Notes under the pieces: generated by a model | Told to the model about the DNA's origin: nothing | The model's database searches: none | Seen by the model: the letters and a program-made list of their open reading frames with translations, nothing else | Program-made: the position numbers and the translations under genes | Origin: Azolla caroliniana | Taxonomy: Eukaryota; Plantae; Polypodiophyta | Length of the DNA stretch: 64,000 nucleotides | Assembly (NCBI GenBank): GCA_043228905.1 | Contig: JBHGNT010000014.1 | Span: 3,658,001-3,722,000, forward strand | Direction of reading: 5' to 3' | In this document: in pieces, positions 22,475-36,100 of the stretch | Position numbering within the stretch: position 1 is the stretch's first letter | How the letters are laid out: every line of letters starts with the position of its first letter

Positions 22475-25400
22475 ATGGAAGGCGGCAGCAGCGGGCAGCC
22501 GGGGATGATGGTGCTGAATGCGCAGAACTACGCCGATTGGAAGATAAAGATGGAGGATCTGCTCATTGTTCGAGACCTGTATGAACCGATCGACAGGTCG
22601 GAAATACCCAAGGGGGTACTTGAGACGGAGTGGAGGCTTCTGAACCGGAAAGCCGTTGCAACCATTCGGCAATACGTCGACGTGAGCGTTCTACAACACG
22701 TGGCGAACGACACCAACGCATATGAGATGTGGAGGAAGCTGTCGGGCCTCTACGAGAGGAAGAATGCGTTGAACCGGACCTCCCTGATGAGAAAGATAGT
22801 GAACCTCAAGTACCGGGACGACGAGAGTATGGTGGAACACGTAAGCACGTTCATGGGATTCGTGAACCAGCTTGCGGCGATCAAGTTCCCGTTGGAGGAT
22901 GCAATGCAAGCCATCATCCTGATGTGTACATTGCCGGACAGCTGGGAGAACTTGGTGGTGACTCTCAGCACCTCCTGCGCCGAAGATAACTTGTCCCTAC
23001 AAACGGTAAAGACAAGTATTTTGAACGAAGAAGCGCGTCGGAGAGATAAAGAACCGGTCTCCGACTCGAAGGCGCTGCTTACCGAATCGGAACGGGGAAG
23101 ACAATGGAACCGGAGTCCGCAAAGACGGGAGAAGTCGGGGACCCGGTCGCAGTCAAGAGGAAGGCCAACATGCTTCCACTGTGGGAAGCCGGGGCACTTC
23201 CGGAAGAATTGTCGGCATTACCGAAAGGACAACGGAGCCGACGACACCGATTCGAAGAAGTCACCGGAGAGAAACGGTGCATACCGGGGAGCCACGGACC
23301 GGAGAGATCCGGATCGGCGAGGGCAGGACCGGAAAGGAACGACGGCACTCGCGGCAAGTGAAGAAGAGATAATGCTTATTACCGAAGAGAGGGAGCTGAA
23401 CCTTGCCGGTGTAGAGATGACCTGGGTGGTCGATTCCGGAGCGTCGTTCCACCTGACCCCGGAGAAGAAATACTTCTCATCCTACACAGCCGGTGAGCAC
23501 GGCTGTGTCCGGATGGTAAATGAAGGCACATGCCGGATTGCCGGCATAGGAGACGTGTGGCTGTTGACATCAACCGGATGCAAGATGCTGTTGAAGGATG
23601 TGCGACACGTTCCGGAGGTCCGATTGAACCTGATCTCGGCCGGGAGGCTAGATGATGAAGGCTACACGGGTAGCATCCGGAACGGTGTCATGAAGTTCAA
23701 CAAGGGGAGCCTGATAGTGGCTCGGGCCCGGAAGGTCAACACCCTGTACCTGATGAATTCCCGGCTATGTCCGGAGGAGCTGAACGTGGTAGCCAACACT
23801 GCCGGTGAGCTGTGGCACAAGAGACTGTGCCACATGAGCGAGAAGGGGATGAAGAGGCTTGCAGAAGACAACCTCATTCCAGTGAAGCATGTGCATCTGG
23901 AGAAGTGCACCGATTGCCTGGCCGGTAAGCAGAACCGAACCTCCTTCCACTCAAGGCCACCGACGAGACGTAGCGCACCATTGGAGTTGGTGCACACGGA
24001 TGTGTGTCAGGTAGAAACGAAGTCACATGGCGGAGCCCAGTACTTCGTGACTTTTATTGATGATCCCAGCCGGAAGCTGTGGACGGCGCCGTTGAAGACA
24101 AAGGACCAAGTGTTGTCCGTCTTCAAAGAACTCCACGCGAGAGTGGAAAGGGAATCCGGCAAGAAGCTGAAAGCAATAAGAGCGGATAACGGAGGGGAAT
24201 ACCGGGGGCAGTTCCAGGAGTACTATCGCTCGAAGGGAATCCGGCTCGAGTTTACTGTGCCGAAGATGCCAGAACTAAACGGGCTGGCCGAGAGGATGAA
24301 CCGGACCATAATGGAGAGGGTCCGGAGTATGCTGGCGCATGCGAAATTACCCAAGGGGTTTTGGGCTGAGGCAATGTCGACGGCGACATACGTGATAAAC
24401 AGATCACCCTCAGTACCTTTGGACGGAGACACGCCGCAGAAAGTGTGGACCGGTAAGGAAGTGTCCTACCGGCATCTGAAGGTGTTCGGGTGTCTCGCAT
24501 ATGTGCATGTGGCAAAGGACCGGAGAGGAAAGCTAGATCCAAAGACCCGGCCATGCATATTCCTCGGTTACGGCGACGACGAGTTCGGCTACCGAGTATG
24601 GGACCCGGTCGACAAGAAGATATTCAGGAGTCGAGACATCATCTTCATGGAGGACAAGACACTCGCCGACTGGGAGTCGGAGAAGAAGATGAAGAGCTCC
24701 AAGTCGACCGGTGAGGATCAACTCTACGAGGAGCAGTCCCGACCGGCAAGGGACCGGTTAACACTCGAGGATCCGGCCGAAGACGGTGAAGAAACAGAAC
24801 CGGCCGAAGAAGATGAGAATGATACCGGAACCGGCCCCGATCCCGAAATGGATTCGGATGAAGAAGAATCGGAAGAACCGGTTACCGAAGCTTCGGAACG
24901 GAGATATCCTCTAAGAGAGAGAAGGGCCCCCCGGAGATTTCCGGAACCAGAGCACGTGCTGCTAACCGACGAAGGGGAGCCGGAGAGCTTTGAAGAAGCA
25001 AAGCATGACACCCAGAGCCGCAGGTGGTTGAGTGCCATGCAGGACGAGATGGATTCCCTGCATGAGAACCACACATATGAACTTGTGGAGTTGCCGAAAG
25101 GAAAGCGGGCACTTCGAAACAAGTGGGTGTTCAAGCTGAAACCGGGAGATGCCGGAAACCCCCCGAGATACAAAGCCAGGATCGTGGTGAAGGGGTTTCA
25201 GCAGAAGAAGGGCGTCGACTTCGACGAGATATTCGCCCCGGTAGTGAAGATGACCTCCATCCGGACGGTGCTGAGCATAGCGGCAAGCATGGACCTCGAG
25301 GTAGAACAGATGGACGTGAAGACGGCATTCCTTCACGGTGACCTCGAAGAAGAGATCTACATGCAGCAACCGGAAGGATTCGAGAAGAAAGGGAAGGAGC

Positions 25401-26548
25401 ACCTGGTATGACGGTTGAAGAAGAGCCTTTACGGACTGAAGCAGGCTCCCCGGCAATGGTACCGGAAGTTCGACTCCTTCATGACCGACGAAGGGTACCA
25501 CAAAACGCAGTCTGATCACTGCGTGTTTGTGAAGAAGTTCGAAGGAGGAGACTCCCTAATACTCCTCCTGTACGTGGACGACATGTTGATCGTCGGACGG
25601 GACCAGGTCAAGATACGGACGCTGAAGAAAGCGCTTCACCGAACCTTCTCAATGAAGGACCTGGGTCCGGCGAGGCAAATACTAGGGATGCACATCATCC
25701 GGGACCGGAAGAAGAAGCAGTTGTGGCTGTCACAGGAGAAGTACGTGACAAAGGTGCTTCACCGGTTCAACATGTCGGAAGCAAGACCGGTCGGGTCAAC
25801 CCTCCCGGGAAACTGCAAGTTGTCCAGCAAGCAAAGCCCCAAGACAAAGGCTGAGAAGGAGGACATGACGAAAGTACCATATGCCTCTGCCGTCGGAAGC
25901 TTAATGTACGCAATGGTGTGTACAAGACCGGACATAGGATATGCAGTTGGAGTGGTGAGCCGGTACATGAGCAATCCCGGCAAAGAGCACTGGAACGCGG
26001 TCAAGTGGATACTCCGATACCTGAAGGACACGGCAAACGTGTGCCTCCGATTCGGCTCCGGTAAGCCCGAATTCGACGGCTTTACCGATTCGGATATGTC
26101 GGCTGATGCAGATACCAGCCGGTCCACATCAGGGTATGTGATGACGTATGCAGGTGGAGCTGTTTCGTGGCAGTCGAGGCTGCAGAAGACGGTTGCGTTG
26201 TCCACCACGGAGGCGGAGTACATGGCGGCTGTTGAAGCCGGCAAGGAAAGAATATGGATGAAGGACTTCATTAGAGAGCTCGGTATCCAGCAGGAGGAGT
26301 ACCGACTCTACTGCGACAGTCAGAGTGCCATCCACCTTGCGAAGAACGCGACTTATCACTCCCGGACGAAGCACATCCAGCGAAGATATCACTGGATCCG
26401 GGAAAGGATAGAAGACAAGGAGTTCGTGCTGACGAAGGTCCACACGGACGAGAACGGGTCGGATATGCTGACCAAGGTGCTCACACCCGACAAGCTGGAA
26501 GCATGCCGGAAGAGGATCGGACTGGAGAGACATCCCATGCCGAAGTGA
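22475..26548 (+). pseudogene. Ty1/copia (Tnt1/Tto1-like) Gag-Pol of element A, with a single premature stop at 25409-25411
   Basis: Zinc knuckle CFHCGKPGHFRKNC, protease VDSGAS, integrase, RT LYVDD and RNase H. TGA replaces the TGC (Cys) seen in element B; the frame continues to 26548, followed by PPT GAAGGGGGAG. Confidence 0.96.
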
Positions 26549-26558
26549 AGGGGGAGTT

Positions 26559-27190
26559 TGTTGGGATTTCGGTCCCTCCAGATGGGATGTCCGGAGATGA
26601 ATGACGGCAAGCCCGGTTGTGGTTACGGAGCCGGATGACGAAGACCCTGGCTACGGAGCCGGATGATGAATACCCCGGCTACGGAGCCGGATGCTGAAGA
26701 CCCCGGTTACGGAGCCGGATGACGAATGACCCGGAGGGAGATCCGGATGCGGGGACATATTTGTGAATATGTTTGCCAAGAGCCCTTGAGGCTATATTTG
26801 TAAATAGCCCGAAAGTCATATGTGTATAAATATGACTTAGGGCAAACAGTTTTTGTTGTTGCTCATTTTATGTTTTCAGCCGAGAGAGCGAAGTGAGAGC
26901 AGCCGAGAGAGAGAGAGAGAGAAAGGAAGAGGTCGACGCCTCTGTGTATTACTGTCGCCTGTGGCGAAAACAGTGAGCTCAAGGTTGTTGCCTTGTAGCT
27001 TCACCATTGTACATCTCTGTGTATAGTGATAGTTGGAGTTTGAGGACTCCCGTGGTTTTTCCCATTTAGGGTTTTTTCATGTAAAACATCCTGTGTACTC
27101 TTCTCTCTATTGTCTTCGTGCATTTTGTATTTCCTGTTTTCTGTGAGTTGATCCTATTCCTCGGTTGTGGCCGAGCACTGTTTTGCAACA
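26559..27190 (+). repeat. LTR2, chimeric (A-type U3 start, B-type R/U5); PBS at 27194-27205
   Basis: Starts GGCAAGCCCGGTTGTGGTTACGG like LTR1 and ends GAGCACTGTTTTGCAACA like LTR3. Confidence 0.95.
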
Positions 27191-27220
27191 AATTGGTATC
27201 AGAGCACGGTAACACAGAAA

Positions 27221-30200
27221 ATGGAAGGCGGCGGTAGTGGGCCTCCGGGCATGATGGTGTTGAACTCACAGAACTACGCCGACTGGAAGATAAAGATGGA
27301 AGACCTTCTCATCGTCTGAGACCTGTATGAACCGATCGACAATGCCGAGATACCCAAGGGGGTAATAGAGTCGGAGTGGAAGCTCCTGAACCGGAAAGCC
27401 GTAGCGACGATCCGGCAATATGTCGATGTAAGCGTTCTACAACATGTGGCGAATGACACCAACGCATATGAGATGTGGAAGAAGCTGTCGGGCCTCTATG
27501 AGAGGAAGAATGCGTTGAACCGGACCTCCCTGATGAGGAAGATAGTGAACCTCAAGTACCGGGACGGCGAGAATATGGTGGAACACGTGAGCACGTTCAT
27601 GGGATTCGTGAACCAGCTTGCGGCGATCAAGTTCCTGTTGGAGGATGCAATGCAAGCCATCATTCTGATGTGTACATTGCCGGAAAGCTGGGAGAACTTG
27701 GTGGTGACTCTCAGCACCTCCTGCACCGAAGATAACTTGTCTCTACAAACGGTAAAGACAAGCATTTTGAACGAAGAAGCGCGTCGGAGAGATAAAGAAC
27801 CGGTTTCCGATCGGAAGATGCTGCTTACCGAATCGGATCGGGGAAGACAATGGAACCGGAGTCCGCAAAGACGGGAGAAGTCGGGGACCCGGTCGCAGTC
27901 AAGAGGAAGACCCACATGCTTCCACTGTGGGAAGCCGGGGCACTTCCGGAAGAATTGTCGGCATTACCGAAAAGACAACGGAGCCGACGACACCGATTCG
28001 AAGAAGTCACCGGAGAGAAACGGTGCATACCGGGGAGCCACGGACTGGAGAGGTCCGGATCGGCGAGGGCAGGACCGAAAAGGAACGACGGCACTCGCGG
28101 CAAGTGAAGAAGAGATAATGCTCATTACCGAAGAGAGGGAGCTGAACCTTGCCGGTGTAGAGATGACCTGGGTGGTCGATTCCGGAGCGTCGTTCCACCT
28201 GACCCCGGAGAAGAAATACTTCTCATCCTACACAGCCGGTGAGCACGGCTGTGTCCGGATTTGAAATGAAGACACATGCCGGATTGCCGGCATAGGAGAC
28301 GTGATGCTGATGACATCAACCGGATGCAAGATGCTGCTGAAGGATGTTCGACACGTTCCGGAGGTCCGATTGAACCTGATCTCGGCCGGGAGGCTAGATG
28401 ATGAAGGCTACACGGGTAGCATCCGGAACGGTGTCATGAAGTTCAGCAAAGGGAGCCTGATAGTGGCTCGGGCCCGGAAGATCAATACACTGTACCTGAT
28501 GAATTCCCGGCTATGTCCGGAGGAGCTGAACGTGGCAGCCGACACTGCCGGTGAGCTGTGGCACAAGAGACTGTGCCACATGAGTGAGAAGGGGATGAAG
28601 AGGCTTGCCGATGACAACCTGATACCGGTAAAGCACGTACACCTGGGGAAGTGTACCAACTGTCTGGCCGGTAAGCAAAACCGGACCTCCTTCCACTCAA
28701 GGCCACCGACGAGACGTAGCGCACCATTGGAGTTGGTACACACTGATGTGTGTCAAGTAGAGGCGAAGTCACAAGGCGGAGCTCAGTACTTCGTAACATT
28801 CATAGATGACCATAGCCGGAAGCTGTGGACAGCACCGTTGAAGACAAAGGACCAAGTATTGTCCGTCTTCAAAGAACTCCACGCGAGAGTGGAAAGAGAA
28901 TCCGGCAAGAAACTGAAAGCGATACGAGCGGATAACGGAGGGGAATACCGGGGGCAGTTCGCAGAGTACTGTCGCTCGAAGGGAATCCGGCTCGAGTTTA
29001 CTGTGCCGAAGACGCCGGAACTGAACGGGCTGGCCGAGAGGATGAACCGGACCATAATGGAGAGGGTCCGGAGTATGCTAGCACATGCGAAATTACCCAA
29101 GGGATTTTGGGCTGAGGCAATGTCGACGGCGACATATGTGATAAATAGATCACCCTCAGTACCTTTGGACGGAGACACGCCGCAGAAAGTGTGGACCGGT
29201 AAGGAAGTGTCCTACCGGCATCTGAAGGTGTTCGGGTGTCTCGCATACGTGCATGTGGCAAAGGACCGGAGAGGAAAGTTAGATCCAAAGACCCGGCCAT
29301 GCATATTCCTCGGTTACGGCGACGACGAGTTCGGCTACCGAGTATGGGACCCGGTCGACAAGAAGATATTCAGGAGTGGAGACATCATCTTCATGGAGGA
29401 CAAGACACTCGCCGGCTGGGAGTCGGAGAAGAAGATGAAGAGCTCCAAGTCGACCGGTGAGGATAAACTCTACGAGGAGCAGTCCCGACCGGCAAGGGAC
29501 CGGTTAACACTCGAAGATCCGGCTGAAGACGGTGAAGAAACAGAACCGGCCGAAGAAGATGAAAATGATACCGGAACCGGCCCCGATCCCGAAATGGATT
29601 CGGATGAAGAAGAATCGGAAGAACCGGTTACCGAAGCTCCGGAACGGAGATATCCTCTAAGAGAGAGAAGGGCCCCCCGGAGATTTCCGGAACCAGAGCA
29701 CGTTCTGCTAACCGACGAGGGGGAGCCGGAGAGCTTTGAAGAAGCAAAGCATGACACCCAGAGCCGCAGGTGGTTGAGTGCCATGCAGGACGAGATGGAT
29801 TCCCTGCATGAGAACCACACATATGAACTTGTGGAGTTGCCGAAAGGAAAGCGGGCACTTCGAAACAAGTGGGTGTTCAAGCTGAAACCGGGAGATGCCG
29901 GAAACCCCCCGAGATACAAAGCCAGGATCGTGGTGAAGGGGTTTCAGCAGAAGAAGGGCGTCGACTTCGACGAGATATTCGCCCCGGTAGTGAAGATGAC
30001 CTCCATCCGGACGGTGCTGAGCATAGCGGCAAGCATGGACCTTGAGGTAGAACAGATGGACGTGAAGACGACATTCCTTCACGGTGACCTCGAAGAAGAG
30101 ATCTACATGCAGCAACCGGAAGGATTCGAGAAGAAAGGGAAGGAGCACCTGGTATGCCGGTTGAAGAAGAACCTTTACGGACTGAAGCAGGCTCCCCGGC

Positions 30201-31294
30201 AATGGTACCGGAAGTTCGACTCCTTCATGACCGACGAAGGGTACCTCAAAACGCAGTCCGACCACTGCGTGTTTGTGAAGAAGTTCGAAGGAGGAGACTT
30301 TCTAATACTCCTCCTGTACGTGGACGACATGTTGATCGTCGGACGGGACCAGGTCAAGATTTGGATGCTGAAGAAGGCTCTTCACCGAACCTTCTCAATG
30401 AAGGACCTTGGTTCGGCGAGGCAAATACTAGGGATGCATATCATCCGAGACCGGAAGAAGAAGCAGTTGTGGCTGTCACAGGAGAAGTACGTGACAAAGG
30501 TGCTTCACCGGTTCAACATGTCGGAAGCAAGACCGGTCGGGTCAACACTCCCGGCAAACTACAAGCTGTCCAGCAAGCAAAGCCCCAAGACAAAGGCTGA
30601 GAAGGAGGACATGATGAAAGTGCCATATGCCTCTGCCGTCGGGAGCTTGATGTACGCGATGGTGTGTACCCGACCGGACATAGGATATGCAGTCGGAGTG
30701 GTGAGCCGGTACATGAGCAATCCCGGCAAAGAGCATTGGAACGCGGCCAAGTGGATACTCCGATACCTGAAGGGCACGGCAAACGTGTGCCTCCGATTCG
30801 GCTCCGGTAAGCCCGAACTCGACGGCTTTACCGATTCGGATATGTCGGCTGATGCAGATACCAGCCGGTCCACATCAGGGTATGTGATGACGTATGCAGG
30901 GGGAGCTGTTTCATGGCAGTCGAGGCTGCAGAAGACGGTTGCGTTGTCAACTACGGAGGCGGAGTACATGGCGGCTGTTGAAGCCGGCAAGGAAATAATA
31001 TGGATGAAGGACTTCATTAGAGAGCTCGGTATCCGGCAAGAGGAGTACCGACTCTACTGCGACAGTCAGAGTGCCATCCACCTTGTGAAGAATGCGGCCT
31101 ATCACTCCCGGACGAAGCACATCCAACGTAGATACCACTGGATCCGGGAAAGGATAGAAGACAAGGACTTCGTGCTGACGAAGATCCACACGGACGAGAA
31201 CGGGTCGGATATGCTGACCAAGGTACTCACATCCGACAAGCTGGAAGCATGCCGGAAGAGGATCGGATTGGAGAGACATCCCATGCCGAAGTGA
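27221..31294 (+). pseudogene. Ty1/copia Gag-Pol of element B, with two premature stops (~27317 and 28262)
   Basis: ORFs 27446-28264 and 28301-31294 are nearly identical to element A. Confidence 0.95.
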
Positions 31295-31304
31295 AGGGGG
31301 AGTT

Positions 31305-31978
31305 TGTTGGGATTTCGGTCCCTCCGGATGGGATGTCCGGAGATGAATGACGGCAATCCCGGTTACGGTTACGACCCCGGTTACGGAGCCGGATGTTGAA
31401 GACCCCGGTTACGGAGACGGATGCTGAAGACCCCGGTTACGGAGCCGGATGCTGAAGACCCCTGGTTACGGAGCCAGATGCTGAAGACCCCGGTTACGGA
31501 GCTGGATGACGAATGTACCCGGAGAGAGATCCGGATGCAGGGACATATTTGTGAATATGTTTGCCAAGAGCCCTTGAGGCTATATTTGTAAATAGCCCGA
31601 AAGTCATATGTGTATAAATATGACTTAGGGCAAACAGTTTTTGTTGTTGCTCATTTTATGTTTTCAGCCGAGAGAGCGAAGTGAGAGCAGCCGAGAGAGA
31701 GAGAGAGAGAAAGGAAGAGGTCGACGCCTCTGTGTATTACTGTCGCCTGTGGCGAAAACAGTGAGCTCAAGGTTGTTGCCTTGTAGCTTCACCATTGTAC
31801 ATCTCTGTGTATAGTGATAGTTGGAGTTTGAGGACTCCCGTGGTTTTTCCCATTTAGGGGTTTTTCACGTAAAACACCCTGTGTACTCTTCTCTCTATTG
31901 TCTTCGTGCATTTTGTATTTCCTGTTTTCTGTGAGTTGATCCTATTCCTCGGTTGTGGCCGAGCACTGTTTTGCAACA
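31305..31978 (+). repeat. LTR3 (3' LTR of element B); right flank CATCA
   Basis: PPT followed by TGTTGGGA...TTGCAACA; U3 contains ~27-bp tandem repeats (GGATGCTGAAGACCCCGGTTACGGAGCC). Confidence 0.97.
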
Positions 31979-32085
31979 CATCATTCCACCTAACCTAGAC
32001 CAGAAATGCTTCTCATCTTATAGAGCCAAATTGTCGGCATAGGAGATGTGTGTTTGTTAACCTCAACCGGGTGCAGACTGGTATT

Positions 32086-32768
32086 TGTCGTACTTCCGTG
32101 CTCGGCCACCACCGAGGAACAGGATCGATTCACAGAAAACGGGAAATACAAGAATGCACGAAAAACAATAGAGAGAAGGGTACACTGGATGTTTTACGTG
32201 GAAAAACCTAAATGGGAAAAACCACGGGAGTGCAAGACTCCAACTATCACTATGCGCGGGAATGTACAATGGCGAGCTGCAAGGCGACGACCTTGAGCTC
32301 GCTGTCCTCGCCACAGGCGGCGGTATTACACAGAGGCGTCGACCTCTTCCTTCCTCCTTCTCTCTCACTCTCTCTCGGCTGCTCTCACTTCGCTCCCTCT
32401 TAGTGGAAAACAGGAAAAAATGAGCAACAACATAAACTGTTTGCCCTAAGTCATATTTATACACATATGACTTTCGGGCTATTTACAAATATAGCCTCAA
32501 GGGCTCTTGGCAAACATATTCACAAATATGTCCCCGCATCCGGATCTCCCTCCGGGTCATTCGTCATCCGGTTCCGTAACCGGGGTCTTCAGCATCCGGC
32601 TCCGTAACCAGGGGTCTTCAGCATCCGGCTCCGTAACCGGGGTCTTCAGCATCCGGCTCCGTAACCGGGGTCTTCAGCATCCGGCTCCGTAACCGGGGTC
32701 GTAACCGTAACCGGGATTTCCGTCATTCATCTCCGGACATCCCATCCGGAGGGACCGAAATCCCAACA
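32086..32768 (-). repeat. LTR4, inverted chimeric LTR (B-type U3, A-type R/U5); flanks GTATT / TGATG
   Basis: The reverse complement ends CGGAAGTACGACA like LTR1 but starts with TCCCGGTTACGGTTACGACCCC like LTR3. Confidence 0.95.
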
Positions 32769-33197
32769 TGATGCACTCGAATTGACCATCCATGTCGATT
32801 CATCGTCGACAAGGTTCACTTCATTTTGCTCATTGATGAGCAACAAATCCTCCTCACTTTTCGCAATCGCCAAGGTGTTCTTGCTTTCCGACATCTTCTT
32901 CGGTTGAACATCGTCAGCTCCCCCTTTCTCTTTTAAAAAGTGTTGGAAATTTTTCTAGAAGTACCCTTGCTTCCCGCAATAGAAGCATGTGGGCCTCCCC
33001 GGCTTATCTCAATTCTGGGGACTTCGATTTCGGCATCTTCCTCGGTTCATGTCACTTTCCGTGACTAAGGCCTTTGGGTCAGCAATGGACTCCCTATCCT
33101 TCCGATGAACTTCCTCATTCAGCAAGCTCGACTTCACCTACTCTAGGGATAGATGCTTCCTTTCCGGTTCGGCATTGTCCAATGTGGCAACGAGCGT

Positions 33198-36100
33198 TGT
33201 CGTGACATTTCCATGCCACGATGAGAAAATAACCTCTACCAATTTATATGAGCTTATTCAAATCTTTGTAAAAGGTTATATAAAGTGCGAGGCCTTGATG
33301 AATAGGAGTGTGTGGGGGTTTAGGTGTTGTGAAGGATTTGCTTCACGATAGAAAAATAAACTAAAATATTTTATTGAATAACATTCGAGAGACTGGAACC
33401 CACGACCTCACATACCAAACACAAGGCACATACCATTAGGCTAGGACATTTGTTCTTTTAAAGCTATATTTTAATGTTTGTACTTATGCCATGTATATTT
33501 TCATACATGAAAGCTCGAATGCGGGGAATGTCTATCATGCATCACATGTAATGCATGAACGCCAAATGACGATCATGCATCACATGCATTTCATGCAATA
33601 CATGCATATCTTGTACCCTCACATGCATCATATGCATGGGGGCACCTATTTAAAGAGGGAAAGGGAAAAGAGTGAAGGGAAGAACATGAGACAAGGAATA
33701 TTATTGTAATAGGAGGGACAAGCTATATTATTTTACAAGAAATATTTTGTAATCATCTTCAAATATCAATACAAGTTATTTCCATTCCTCCTCTTTCTTT
33801 GACAAGAAGCCCGACTCTTACTTCCCAGATACGTGATTTTCTTTTCGTTTGCTCTCGTATGCTGAGATCGACGTGACAATGGTGAATTCGACGTGAAACG
33901 GGAAGTTAAGAGTGATGGAGAACCAACAAGCAGTCTTGGAGCCACGAATCAACCAAGAAGTTGTTGTGGAGCCACAAATCAACGCGGTGCTTCAAATGAT
34001 TGAAAGAATGATGCAAAGCCAAGAACGTGCAACTGCTCTTCAACGAATCGATCATGCTATTGACAAGCTTGTAGAGAAAATAGGTCTCTTTGATGGTAAA
34101 AATATAACTAAATTCTTACAAGTATATGTTATTGAGATGGGTAGTAAAGGATTAAATCAACATGATGTTCAAATGAATTTTGTGAGGATGGTTGAACTCC
34201 CTTTGAGAAATAGAGTCTCTGAACTCGCAACAAGTTCTAATGATTGGGTTGCATTTGAGCAAGCTTTATTAAATGAATACATGCTTGGTGATACAATCCG
34301 AGCATCAAGGAGGAGTTTCTTGGATTGGGTGGACAAAGAGGACAAGAAGATTTCGGTAATGGAGTTGTTGAAAGAGTTTGAAGCTTGTTATAATCAATTA
34401 ACGACGACCGAAAGGACTCTTTTAGAACAAGAGAAGGTCATATTATTCTTGAAGGCATCAGACCGATCCTATCGTGAAAAATTAGTTGCATTCCTTGAAG
34501 ACTGGACTACACCCATTGGACCAGTGTCTGATTGGAATCGAGTACATGAAGCTTGCAATAGAATTAGCAAAAGAGTCCAATGGTGTGAGGATCTTTCGAT
34601 TGTCGGAGGTATGAAAGATGAAGTGAAGAAAACCATTAGGGAGGATACTAGGAGTCCGTCAACTATTTCCAAGGTACCCGAAACAGTGATGGACGATCTT
34701 ATCAATGGTATAAAAGATCTTTCATTACATGTTGCAAAGCTACAAGAAGAAAAATCCTCACAACCCCAAAAAGATTATGAAAGAAGATGCATATGGTGTG
34801 ATAGCGTTGACCATTCAAGAGGAGGGTGTGATAACTATCAAGAAGCAATAGAAAGAAGGGTGATATTCTTCAAAGATGGTAAGATTCATTCTTTTGAAAC
34901 TCGACTACCTCTCCAAACTAACTTTAGAAGAGCTGGTATGAGAAGGATCATCGAAGACACGGAAATAACTAGGACACAAGTTGTCTATTAACCAACAACT
35001 ACAGTCATCCATGTTGGTGAAGGAGGATCTGAATCTGAATTTTGGTCATGTATTTTGAAAGCTGCAAGAAAGTGTAAAATCAAGAAGTCTGGAGGTGATG
35101 TTATCCAAAGCAAAACTGGTTGGGAAGACCCGGTGGATGGCCTCTCAGCTTTCGTGAAGGTTGCAACAACCCAAGCCCATGAAGTGATCATCAAAGAGAA
35201 ACGGAAATGGGCGGAAAATGAAGATAACAAGAAGAGGGAGCTAAGAATCACTAAAAAGAGGGAGACAGAAAGTCCAAAAATTGTAAACCCTGACATTGAA
35301 AAAGGTACGGATAAGAAGAGTCCCTCGTTCAAATTATTATCAGATATTGAAGCTTCAACTAATTTAAAAAAAGTATTGGAAGAAAGAATTTTAGATAGCA
35401 AAGTGGAACTTTCCTTGAAGGAACTTTTGGGCATAGTGAAAAAAGAATTTCATGATGCAATAATACATGGAATTAAAAGAAAAACGACAAAGTATTGAAG
35501 CCACCGAAAACCCAGGAAGTGAAGTAAAGAGAGCAACGGTGGAAGTCCTCAAAGGTGAACCAAGCTCTTCCATTGTTGGTACACAAGCTATTGTGGCGAC
35601 AACTTTTGAAGAGAAGCCGAAAGAGCTAAAAAGCTACTATGCTAAGAAACATTGGGTAAGAGCAACAACTGAGACAACAGTGAAGATTGAAAACCTTGAA
35701 GATCCGGTCGTGGCCTTAATTGACCACGACTCAGAAATTAATCTAATTTCTTATGATATTTATAGGAAAGGCAGATGGCTAATGGAAACGAATCAAGGGT
35801 GGAGGGTAAAGTCGGCTAATTCAATGACTGAGCAACTTCATGGAGCTTGCCCAAACATCAAAGTCACCATTGGAGATGTGCTAATGGAGCAACATTTCTT
35901 TATCCAAAAGACTTTGTCATACCCAATGATTCTTGGTCAACCATACATCACATCTTCTAGGGTGGAGACGAAGGTGCTTGAAGATGGTTCGGCATATGCT
36001 AGGATTCGAAGTACTGATGGTAAAAGAAGTGTTCAATTTCTTACTATTAGGTAGGAGCATGATAGAAATAAAGAAGAATTACGAAATGTGAGCATGATAT

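Noticed and set aside
25409-25411. Programmed stop-codon readthrough in copia RT
   Set aside because: Element B has TGC (Cys) here, so this is a private nonsense mutation.
21846-31978. True tandem retrotransposon sharing a central LTR
   Set aside because: The outer flanks (AATAC vs CATCA) are not a TSD; both match the flanks of the inverted LTR4, which supports an inversion.
33383-33447. Functional tRNA gene
   Set aside because: The acceptor and anticodon stems do not pair properly; it is reported only as a tRNA-like module.
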